Shown in pieces: positions 1 to 7,875 of a stretch of 15,528 nucleotides of DNA. The translations under genes were made by a program, and so were the position numbers. Under the pieces are notes generated by a model. It worked only from the letters and a program-made list of their open reading frames with translations, ran no database searches and was not told the DNA's origin. Position 1 is the first letter of the stretch, and each line of letters begins with the position of its first letter. Source of the DNA: a candidate division WOR-3 bacterium. Lineage in GTDB: Bacteria; Hydrothermota; Hydrothermia; LBFQ01. The DNA lies in NCBI GenBank assembly GCA_027050205.1, contig JALUCS010000047.1, positions 1 to 15,528 of the forward strand, in the 5' to 3' direction.

Positions 1-689
1 TCCAAGTTAATCGTTATGGAACATAAAATCCGGTATTTTCCTGATAGAAGGATAGACCGCCACCCGTACCTTACAAGGGTTCGGAGGCTTCCTCGTCATC
101 CTCGGTGTGAATTTTGGCGTTGCACCTAAAATAATAAGTTATCAGCTGTATCAACTTTTTAGTTGAATATTGCCATATAAATCACAACACCACAAAAATT
201 TGAAACTTTCATAAAATAAGCCGAATATTACAATGTCTGGCTTTGCGGTACATCCTAAATCAGGTATGGCATCCCCCACTCTAGGGATTTGGAATCCGGG
301 TATTACAACGATAGAACGCACATTCAAAAGTCGCAATTGAACTTCAAAGAATCGGCAATCCGAGGTCATATTTTGACACTGGTAATGGGGAGAATTTCAC
401 CCTAACGGCTCCTCGGAGGTTGTATCGCTCCGTCCGCGGAATACCTAAAATTTCCATCATTTTTGTGTAAAAATTATAAAAACACGAGTTTGCGTCCAGT
501 CCCGCTTGGGGTTTCCAAAAGCCAACATTCGGTGGAGATTGAGGCGGTACTCACCCCATCGGTGTAGAACCTCCATCTCCCTTTCTTCCTTAGAATAGGA
601 TTCTGGTAGGGATCTTAGAGGTCTCGCACTACTTCTACGACAACTACGGATGGACGGACATCCTCCTACAGAGCCGGGACTTCTACGTT

Positions 690-2024
690 ATGGCCCAAGA
701 TTACACCTCCTCATCCATCGGGAAGCACACCCAAAAGCTCTCCTACTCCTACACGTGGAGGAAGTTTGAACTTTACGGTGAGAACATTCGCTCCTCCTCG
801 GCCGGGGAGTACTCGTCGGGCCTTAGGTACTCCCGCGGTGGCCTATCGGTGGGAGGGGACATCCGGGCCTTGGTCGGAGGAGACAGGCTCATCAACAACT
901 CCGGTATTACCTTCAACTACCGGGGGGGAATCTTCGGTTTTGACGGCGAGTTGAGGCCTCTACTTCGGTACGCCACCCTCCGTTTCAATCCCTCTGTGGA
1001 GGTAGGAGGACACAAGATCGGGGCCGTTTCGTCCTATACGAGGGCGCACTACCGCCTCCCATCCTACTCGGAGGATCTAACGGCCTACGAGGTCAGACCC
1101 TACGTTAAGGGGAAGGTTTCCGTACCCCTACCCGTGGAGTACAACACCCACATCGGATACTCTGGCAAGGAGTACCCCCTGAACCCCATGAAGAGCTACA
1201 CGACCTACACCCTCGGAGGTTCGGCTGCGGCGGAGTACTCCTCGCCCTTCCTCCTGCACCGTTTTAAGGTTGAGGGGAGGCTCGGTAGGTACAACTACAT
1301 AGGCCTGAAGGCCACCGGTAGAGTCCCCATAGGGATTGAGGAGCGGAGCCTCTTTGAGTACAACCCTACGGTTTTGGAGGTCTTCAATCTGACTTTCAGG
1401 GTAAGCCGTACCCTCAACCTCTACTCCGGAATCCTGACGGATAGGTCCAAGGTGTATAGGGATATACTCGTCGGGGGGGAGATGGAAGTCAAGGGTCTCA
1501 ACCTATACCTAAGGAGGAGGAGGGAGGACAACGTCTTCCTCCACAGGAGTAGGTCCTCCGATACCCGTACGCTCGTACGGTACGTCTTGGGGGCCTACCG
1601 ACCTGCGGAACCTTTTACCCTGTCCGGTGAGATTTCCGCCATCTACACCCTCTACCGCTTTAAGCCGGAGGACAACTCCCTCTACAGGTACCTTGACGGT
1701 GAGGTTGTCTATAGGGGGAGGAGCGAACTGACGGTTAGGGTGAGGATGTGGGATAGGGGTAGGTACGTGGAGGACAGTTCCGTATACTACCGCCTTGAGA
1801 GGGGGATAGACTTCTACTCTTCCGGTTGGGTACCCGTGGTGGAGGTGTGGGACGTACGCGTCGGGATGGCGTACGACATCAAGCCGGAAGGGGAGGCCGT
1901 GGGTGTGAGGGCGACGTTTCAGGGAGGGGAACTGGTGGCTATGAGGAGATACGAGAATGATCGCCTGTTTTGGCAAATTTCCGTCAGGTTTTCACAAAGT
2001 TTCGCTTCAATCCCTCATAAATAG
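690..2024 (+). CDS. Hypothetical Tyr/Gly-rich protein, probable outer-membrane beta-barrel; true start may lie upstream (600-606)
   Basis: 444-aa ORF with host-like codon usage. Many alternating-hydrophobic, Tyr-rich strands and a barrel-like C-terminal strand FWQISVRFSQSF. The frame stays open upstream to the TAG at 591-593 and encodes ILVGILEVSHYFYDNYGW. Confidence 0.7.
   Translation: MAQDYTSSSIGKHTQKLSYSYTWRKFELYGENIRSSSAGEYSSGLRYSRGGLSVGGDIRALVGGDRLINNSGITFNYRGGIFGFDGELRPLLRYATLRFNPSVEVGGHKIGAVSSYTRAHYRLPSYSEDLTAYEVRPYVKGKVSVPLPVEYNTHIGYSGKEYPLNPMKSYTTYTLGGSAAAEYSSPFLLHRFKVEGRLGRYNYIGLKATGRVPIGIEERSLFEYNPTVLEVFNLTFRVSRTLNLYSGILTDRSKVYRDILVGGEMEVKGLNLYLRRRREDNVFLHRSRSSDTRTLVRYVLGAYRPAEPFTLSGEISAIYTLYRFKPEDNSLYRYLDGEVVYRGRSELTVRVRMWDRGRYVEDSSVYYRLERGIDFYSSGWVPVVEVWDVRVGMAYDIKPEGEAVGVRATFQGGELVAMRRYENDRLFWQISVRFSQSFASIPHK
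2004..2024 (-). repeat. Truncated degenerate CRISPR repeat overlapping the 3' end of the upstream CDS
   Basis: GCTTCAATCCCTCATAAATAG matches the first 21 nt of the + strand repeat (GTTTCAATCCCTCATAGGTAG) at 18/21 positions and lies 2 nt before the repeat at 2027. Confidence 0.75.
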
Positions 2025-2026
2025 TC

Positions 2027-2191
2027 GTTTCAATCCCTTGTAGGTAGGCTACGAACACTTTGGGCAGAACGCTTTTACGAGTGGCTTAGCAGGTTTTAAT
2101 CTCTCATAGGTAGGCTGCAAACAAGGGGTGTGGGGTCGCTCGGTTCGTATGCGACGATATAGTTTCAATCCCTCATAGGTAGGCTGCAAAC
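2027..2191 (-). CRISPR. Orphan mini CRISPR array: three 30-bp repeats, two spacers (36 and 39 nt)
   Basis: Repeats at 2027-2056, 2093-2122 and 2162-2191. Minus-strand consensus GTTTGCAGCCTACCTATGAGGGATTGAAAC ends in ATTGAAAC, typical of type I-B/III-associated repeats. Spacers at 2057-2092 and 2123-2161. Mismatches to the 2162 repeat are 0, 2 and 4 moving leftwards, the expected trailer-end decay. Confidence 0.9.
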
Positions 2192-2420
2192 CCGTCTCCC
2201 ATCCCTCGCCACAGACTCAATTCTCATGCAAATCTACCGGGTATTATAAGAGCGGGAAAATGAAGGTGGAAGAGCGGCAAACCTCCAATCCTGCGCGAAG
2301 GCCGGGGGGTTTGCAAAGGAGGTGTAGATGCCCATCAGTATTGAGGAAACGGCCTTTCAATATGTTTGAACGATTGTTCAAAGACCTCGTGTAAGTTGAA
2401 ATTTTCCGGAGGTTTGCGAA
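2192..2420 (-). promoter_or_regulatory. Putative CRISPR leader with -10 box and repeated GCAAACCTCC motif
   Basis: Non-coding, lower-GC stretch beside the intact repeat. ATTATA at 2243-2248 (TATAAT on minus) points into the array. GCAAACCTCC at 2277-2286 has inverted copies at 2305-2314 and 2408-2417. Confidence 0.6.
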
Positions 2421-2659
2421 GTTGCTTCTTGGTACAAAGTAGTCTTCGGTGAGGTTCAACACTCACAGCCACATAGTGTCCCATACGGAAGGCAAATCCC
2501 CCTCTGTTTGCCTATGCCCAAGTGCATTATGGTGGTGGTCATATTGTCCCCTACGGTGCCGTTGGGTTTATCCGTACTTCGGGACTTTCCCGTTCTCCAC
2601 CGGTCGTGCGAGGGGTCCCCCGCAGATAATCGTAAGATTTCAGGTATCACCTTCCCCGG

Positions 2660-2665
2660 TATAAT
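2660..2665 (+). promoter_or_regulatory. -10 box (TATAAT) upstream of gyrB
   Basis: Perfect TATAAT 8 nt before the ATG at 2674, with no Shine-Dalgarno in between. Confidence 0.55.
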
Positions 2666-2673
2666 TGCCGCTT

Positions 2674-4575
2674 ATGGCCGAAGTGAAGAACGATTACAGG
2701 GCGGAGGCGATACGGGTACTGAAGGGCCTTGAGGGAGTCAGGCGTCGCCCCGCCATGTACATAGGGGACACGGGACGGAGAGGCTTCCATCACCTCCTTT
2801 TAGAGATCTTAGACAACGCCGTAGATGAGGCCCTCGCCGGATACGCCAAGAACATAACAGTCACCCTCCACACCGATGGCTCCGTCTCCGTTGAGGACGA
2901 TGGCCGCGGCATCCCCACCGACCCCCACCCGGAACTGGGGATAAGCGGCGTTGAGGTGGTCTTTACGGTACTGCATGCCGGAGGGAAGTTTGACAGGAAA
3001 GCCTACCAGGTGTCCGGAGGTCTCCACGGCGTAGGGGCCTCCGTCGTGAACGCCCTCTCCGAGTGGACGGAGGTGGTGGTAAAGCGGGACGGGAAGGTCT
3101 GGAAGGCCCGCTTCAGTAGGGGGGAGGTAGTGGAACCCCTCCACGTTATAGGTGAGGCGGAGGGGACGGGAACCTTCGTCAGGTTCAAGCCCGACCCAGA
3201 GATCTTCGGAAAACAGGAGTGGGACAAAGACTTCATAAGGAACAGGCTCCGGGAACTCTCCTACCTCGTCTCCGGCGTCAGGTTCGTCTTCAGGGACGAG
3301 GCCACTGGCGAAGAGGAGACGTACGAGAGCGGGGGTCTGGTGGACTTCCTCCTGTACGTGGATGAGGGGAACCAGCCCCTCTTCTCCCCACCCTTCTACG
3401 TCAAGAGGCGGGAGGGGGATTACGAGCTGGAGTTGGCCCTACACTACACGGAGAGCGATGACGAGAGGATACTGTCCTTCGTCAACACCATCCAGACTAC
3501 GGAGGGAGGTACCCACGTCACGGGGCTTAGGGCCGCCCTCACCAAGACCATAAACGAGTACGCCCAGGCCCACAACATGCTGAAGGACCTGAAGGGAAAG
3601 ACCCTGTCCGGTGAGGACGTGAGGGAGGGGATTACGGCTATACTCCACGTGAAGCTCCCGGAGCCGCAGTTTGAGGGGCAGACCAAGACCAAGCTCGGAA
3701 CGGCGGCGGCCCGTACCTTCGTTGAGAGCATCGTAGCCAAGGAGTTCAGGAGGTTCCTTGAGGAGAACCCCAAGGCCGCCCAGGCCATAATCCAGAAGGC
3801 CATCCTCGCCGCCAAGTCAAGGGCGGCCGCCCGCAAGGCGAGGGAACTGGTCAAACGGAAGAGTTTCCTTGAGTCGGATACCCTCCCCGGAAAGCTGGCC
3901 GACTGCATAACCAAGGACCCGAAGGAGGCGGAACTCTTCATCGTTGAGGGTGATTCGGCCGGAGGCTCCGCCAAGCAGGCGAGGGACCGCCGGACCCAGG
4001 CCATACTACCCATAAGGGGTAAGATAAGGAACGTTGAGAAGGCGGAGACGGTTAAGGTCCTGTCCAACGCCGAGGTGAGAGCCATAATCAGTGCCATAGG
4101 CTGCGGGATAAAGGACGAGTGCGACCCCTCCAAGTCCCGCTACGGCAAGATAATCATAATGAGCGACGCCGACGTAGACGGCGCCCACATCCGGACCCTC
4201 CTCCTCACCCTCTTCTGGCGGTTTATGAAGCCCCTTGTGGAGCAGGGATACATATACATCGCTATGCCGCCCCTCTACCGGGTTCAGAAGGGCAAGCAGG
4301 TCCGGTACCTATACTCCGACGAGGAGTTGGAGGAGGTCAGGCGGGAGTGGGGGGACAACATCACCGTCCAGAGGTACAAGGGACTGGGTGAGATGAACCC
4401 GGAGCAGCTCTGGGAGACCACTATGAACCCCAAGACCCGTACCCTCAAGAAGGTCACCGTTGAGGACGCCGTAGAGGCCGACCACCTCTTCTCCGTCCTG
4501 ATGGGTAAGGTCGTGGAGCGTCGCAGGGAGTTCATAGAGAGGAACGCCCAGTTCGTCAAGAACCTGGACGTCTGA
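2674..4575 (+). CDS. gyrB: DNA gyrase subunit B (type IIA topoisomerase B subunit)
   Basis: GHKL ATPase motifs (VRRRPAMYIG, EILDNAVDE, DDGRGIP, LHAGGKF, SGGLHGVGASVVNALS) and TOPRIM motifs (VEGDSAGG, PIRGK, DADVDG, QRYKGLGEMNPEQLWETTM). GyrB-type C-terminus RREFIERNA..NLDV. ATG 2674 is preferred over the TTG at 2665, which overlaps the -10 box. Confidence 0.93.
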   Translation: MAEVKNDYRAEAIRVLKGLEGVRRRPAMYIGDTGRRGFHHLLLEILDNAVDEALAGYAKNITVTLHTDGSVSVEDDGRGIPTDPHPELGISGVEVVFTVLHAGGKFDRKAYQVSGGLHGVGASVVNALSEWTEVVVKRDGKVWKARFSRGEVVEPLHVIGEAEGTGTFVRFKPDPEIFGKQEWDKDFIRNRLRELSYLVSGVRFVFRDEATGEEETYESGGLVDFLLYVDEGNQPLFSPPFYVKRREGDYELELALHYTESDDERILSFVNTIQTTEGGTHVTGLRAALTKTINEYAQAHNMLKDLKGKTLSGEDVREGITAILHVKLPEPQFEGQTKTKLGTAAARTFVESIVAKEFRRFLEENPKAAQAIIQKAILAAKSRAAARKARELVKRKSFLESDTLPGKLADCITKDPKEAELFIVEGDSAGGSAKQARDRRTQAILPIRGKIRNVEKAETVKVLSNAEVRAIISAIGCGIKDECDPSKSRYGKIIIMSDADVDGAHIRTLLLTLFWRFMKPLVEQGYIYIAMPPLYRVQKGKQVRYLYSDEELEEVRREWGDNITVQRYKGLGEMNPEQLWETTMNPKTRTLKKVTVEDAVEADHLFSVLMGKVVERRREFIERNAQFVKNLDV

Positions 4576-4576
4576 C

Positions 4577-5656
4577 GTGTTAGCAGACCTCCTCGTAGGT
4601 TTAAGAGACGTACATATCGCCTTCAACCTCTTCTCCTACATCACCTTCCGCTCCGCCGTCGCCTTCGTCCTATCCTTCCTCCTCTCCTACCTCCTCCTCG
4701 GCTGGTACATAAGGCGGTTCGGAGATAGCCTGTACGAGCGTATATCCGAGGACGTCCCGGAGAGGCACCGCAAGAAGGAGGGTACCCCCTCCTCCGGTGG
4801 CCTTATATTCGTACCCGTCGCCCTCATCACTACGCTGGCGATGGCCTCCCCCGTCCCCGCCGTCCTCATGGCCGTCTTCACGACGGCCGTTATGGGGGCG
4901 ATGGGCTTTATAGACGACCTCTCTAAGCTCCGGCGGAGGGACAAGAAGGGGGGCCTCTCCAAGAGGGTGAAGCTCCTCTTTCAGCTCGGTCTCGGCCTCA
5001 TCTTCGCCTTCGTCGCCCTCCGCATCTTTGGGGAGAAGGCCTTCACGACCCAGGTCCTCTTCCTGAAGAACTACTTCATCTATATGGGGTGGTTGTACGT
5101 CCTCTTCGTCGCCCTCGTCCTCGCCGGCACGGCCAACGGCGTCAACCTAACCGACGGACTGGACGGCCTGGCTGCGGGCGTCGTCCTCTTCCCCCTCGTT
5201 ATCTTCGGCATCATAGCATACGTTGAGGGGAACGTAAAGTTCGCCACCTACCTGAACCTCCTCTACATCAAGGACGCCGGGCAGCTCGTAATCTTTGCCT
5301 CCTCCCTCGCCGGTTCCCTCGTGGCCTTCCTCTGGTACAACACTCACCCCGCCGAGGTCTTCATGGGAGACACCGGTTCGCAGGCCATAGGTGGGGCGTT
5401 GGCCTCCCTCGCCATCCTGACGAAGCAGGAGCTTCTTTTGGCCATCGCCGGCGGTGTCCTCGTCCTTGAGACCCTGTCCGTCGCCCTCCAGATATGGTAC
5501 TTCCGCATCACCGGAGGAAAGAGGCTCTTCCTGATGGCTCCCCTCCACCACCACTTTGAGAAGCTCGGCTGGGATGAGAACAAGATAGTGGTGCGCTTCT
5601 GGATAATGTCCCTCCTCTTCTCCCTACTCGCTCTGGCCACGCTGAAGATAAGATGA
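4577..5656 (+). CDS. mraY: Phospho-N-acetylmuramoyl-pentapeptide transferase
   Basis: About 10 hydrophobic segments with motifs KKEGTPSSGG, GFIDD, NGVNLTDGLDGL, FLWYNTHPAEVFMGDTGS and MAPLHHHFE. GTG start 1 nt after the gyrB stop. Confidence 0.96.
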   Translation: MLADLLVGLRDVHIAFNLFSYITFRSAVAFVLSFLLSYLLLGWYIRRFGDSLYERISEDVPERHRKKEGTPSSGGLIFVPVALITTLAMASPVPAVLMAVFTTAVMGAMGFIDDLSKLRRRDKKGGLSKRVKLLFQLGLGLIFAFVALRIFGEKAFTTQVLFLKNYFIYMGWLYVLFVALVLAGTANGVNLTDGLDGLAAGVVLFPLVIFGIIAYVEGNVKFATYLNLLYIKDAGQLVIFASSLAGSLVAFLWYNTHPAEVFMGDTGSQAIGGALASLAILTKQELLLAIAGGVLVLETLSVALQIWYFRITGGKRLFLMAPLHHHFEKLGWDENKIVVRFWIMSLLFSLLALATLKIR

Positions 5657-5671
5657 GAGGGGTTTCAACGG

Positions 5672-5699
5672 TATAATCCACGACCGTGTTAAAGGAGGG
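5672..5699 (+). promoter_or_regulatory. -10 box and Shine-Dalgarno upstream of the RmlB-like gene
   Basis: TATAAT at 5672-5677 and AAGGAGG at 5692-5698, upstream of the TTG at 5706. Confidence 0.5.
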
Positions 5700-5705
5700 G
5701 TATCG

Positions 5706-6818
5706 TTGAAGGAAAGGTCGCTCCTTATAACCGGCGGTTTGGGGTTCCTCGGAAGCTGGACGGTTGAGGAGGCGGTCAGGAGGGGCTACAAGGTGATTGT
5801 GGTGGACGCCTTAACCTACGCCGCCAACCCCGAAAACCTGTCCTCCCTTAAGGTAAAGTTCGTCGTCCCCTCCGTAAGGCACCTGTGGGGCGTTTTAAGG
5901 GTGGAGGACAGGAGGGCCTTCCCCGTATCGGACCCACCCAACTACGACGGCTACGGGAGGGTGGAGGACGTGGAGAGGGAGGTTGAGGAGTTCCTAAGCT
6001 CTCCCCTTGACGCCCTCGTGATACTGGCGTCGGTTGAGGACTACGAGCTGATGAAGAGGTTGATGCCCTACGTTGAGGGGGTGATACACCTCGCAGCAGA
6101 GACCCACGTGGACCGCTCAATTGAGGACGCCTGGGACTTCGTCAGGGCCGAGATACTGGGCTTCTACAGTACGGTGGACGCCTTCCGGAGGGTGAAGGGG
6201 AGGGAGGGGAGGTTCCTCCTCGTCTCCACGGACGAGGTCTTGGGGGAGGTTATGGAGGGGGCCTTGGACGAGACCGCCCCCCTGATGCCCCGCAACCCCT
6301 ACGCCGCCGCTAAGTCCTCCCAGGAGCATTTCGCCCAGAGCTACATAAACACCTACGGCCTCCCGATAACCATCGTAAGGCCCACCAACGCCTACGGACC
6401 GAGGCAGCACCCGGAGAAGTTCGTACCGAAGATAATCATAAACGCCCTAAGGGGTCTCCCAATACCGGTGTACGGGGACGGGAGGCAGCGGAGGGTCTGG
6501 ATATACGCCCCGGACGTGGCCCGCGGCATAATGGACATATACGAGAGGGGAAACTTCCCCGACATCTACCACATAGGGAGCATGGACGAACTGGAGAACC
6601 TCGCCCTCGTCAGGAAGATACTCCGGATGATGGGGAAGGGGGAGGACCTGATAACCTTCGTGGAGGACAGGCCGGGCCACGACAGGAGGTACTCCCTGAA
6701 CTGGGAGAAGATGCGGAGGTTGGGGTGGTACCCGAAGGTGGGGCTTGACGAGGGGCTATTGAGGACGATAGAGTACTACGCCGAACGTTATGCTAACCGA
6801 CCTTCTGTTCGCAGATAA
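5706..6818 (+). CDS. rfbB: dTDP-glucose 4,6-dehydratase-like (RmlB/RfbB) extended SDR with an internal insertion
   Basis: TGGLGFLG NAD-binding motif, DALTYA, HLAAETHVDRSI, STDEV, PYAAAK (YxxxK), NAYGPRQHPEK and DRPGHDRRY. Confidence 0.85.
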   Translation: MKERSLLITGGLGFLGSWTVEEAVRRGYKVIVVDALTYAANPENLSSLKVKFVVPSVRHLWGVLRVEDRRAFPVSDPPNYDGYGRVEDVEREVEEFLSSPLDALVILASVEDYELMKRLMPYVEGVIHLAAETHVDRSIEDAWDFVRAEILGFYSTVDAFRRVKGREGRFLLVSTDEVLGEVMEGALDETAPLMPRNPYAAAKSSQEHFAQSYINTYGLPITIVRPTNAYGPRQHPEKFVPKIIINALRGLPIPVYGDGRQRRVWIYAPDVARGIMDIYERGNFPDIYHIGSMDELENLALVRKILRMMGKGEDLITFVEDRPGHDRRYSLNWEKMRRLGWYPKVGLDEGLLRTIEYYAERYANRPSVRR

Positions 6819-7875
6819 CCCGTGGTGGCTGGGGAAGGAGGTCCCGCCGCCGAGCCGCCTTCTTCCCCTGTCCGAAGGTCCGGGGGTTCAGAGGTTATGG
6901 ATCCCCGCCGGTGGGGTATCTCCCTCGGACCTGAAGGGGATGGCGTACGGATGGACGAAGAGGTGGGGACAGTACTCCGCCCTCCTGTTGGACCTATCGC
7001 GGGTGGAGGTCTCCCCGGAGATAGTGGAGGAGGCTCTGGACTTCTACGGAAGCAGGCTTTACGCCTCCAGCGAGAGGCACCTACTGATAGTGAATGCGGC
7101 TCACTGGACCCAAGAGAGCCTTATAGACGAGTTCGTGGATGGCACATATACCGTTCTGTTGGTGTATAACGTAATTCCGGACCGCCCCCACAGGGTCATC
7201 CTCCCCTACTACCCCGACTCCCCTTCCCCCGGAGACGTCCGGGAGGCCTTCTGGTCGGGGGATCTGGAAAGGGCCAAGGCCCTCTTCTCCGGGTACGGTA
7301 AGGCCCTAAAGCGGAAGGTAAGGGCCTACTTCTGGAGGTACGTCGTTGGCTTCCCACCGGACGAGGGGGCGTACTTTATGGTGCGCAGTATGTACTCCCT
7401 CATACACCAGTACTACGACATCCGGGACAAGGACCTGTTCCGGCGGGTCTTCTCCCACCTCGTCGGGGTCGCCGGTGGGAGGTTGAAGTTTCGTGAGACC
7501 TCGGAGGCCCTCAACGTCAGGTTTGAGACCTTGAGGGCTTTCCTTGACCAGATAATAAGCGTCGGACTCCTCTACGAGCTGAAGCACGTCAACAGGGACA
7601 GCCCCCGCTCCCCGCGGATGCTCTTCAACGCCAACGGCCAGTTTCACCACCTCCTCAAGCACACCGACCCCAAGGACGTCCTCCTGTTGGACGAGAACTC
7701 CCCCGACGTCCTCCCCTTCCTCATCCCCTACATCCTCGGTAAGGCTATGGAGAGGGGGGTAGAGGTGGCGTTTGAGGACGATGGGGGGAGGCACCTCCGC
7801 TTCCAGACGGATAGACCCTTCACCGTGCGCCTCGGTGAGGACGTCCCCTTCTTAGATATCGTTGGCCTGCTATGA
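6790..7875 (+). CDS. Hypothetical protein; degenerate AAA_14/DUF4143-like ATP-binding-protein homolog lacking Walker motifs
   Basis: 361-aa ORF coupled to its neighbours (29-nt overlap upstream, ATGA overlap with purM). N-terminal NPWW, YVVGFP (compare YxxxGGFP) and a winged-helix-like segment (IRDKDLFRRVF...LKFRETSEALNVRFETLRAFL) resemble that family. No GxxxxGK[ST]. Confidence 0.6.
   Translation: MLTDLLFADNPWWLGKEVPPPSRLLPLSEGPGVQRLWIPAGGVSPSDLKGMAYGWTKRWGQYSALLLDLSRVEVSPEIVEEALDFYGSRLYASSERHLLIVNAAHWTQESLIDEFVDGTYTVLLVYNVIPDRPHRVILPYYPDSPSPGDVREAFWSGDLERAKALFSGYGKALKRKVRAYFWRYVVGFPPDEGAYFMVRSMYSLIHQYYDIRDKDLFRRVFSHLVGVAGGRLKFRETSEALNVRFETLRAFLDQIISVGLLYELKHVNRDSPRSPRMLFNANGQFHHLLKHTDPKDVLLLDENSPDVLPFLIPYILGKAMERGVEVAFEDDGGRHLRFQTDRPFTVRLGEDVPFLDIVGLL

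Noticed and set aside
151..166. Hairpin TCAACT-TTTT-AGTTGA
   Set aside because: A 6-bp AT-rich stem is expected by chance in this region and has no supporting context.
151..369. 72-aa minus-strand ORF in the AT-rich region
   Set aside because: No recognisable motif or RBS, and codon usage unlike the real genes.
2123..2140. Spacer start AAGGGGTG(TGGGGT) resembles the 5' region of Uma2 copy 1 (12739-12756), hinting at crRNA regulation of the array
   Set aside because: Only 8 contiguous nt of low-complexity G-rich match, at the crRNA 3' end rather than the seed. Compatible with chance.
2244..2732. Short ORFs at 2244-2462, 2449-2664, 2456-2650 and 2508-2732
   Set aside because: They overlap each other and the CRISPR leader/gyrB promoter, have no motifs and do not resemble cas genes.
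2674..4575. parE instead of gyrB
   Set aside because: The C-terminal NLDV and overall motifs fit GyrB better. ParE cannot be fully excluded without the A subunit.
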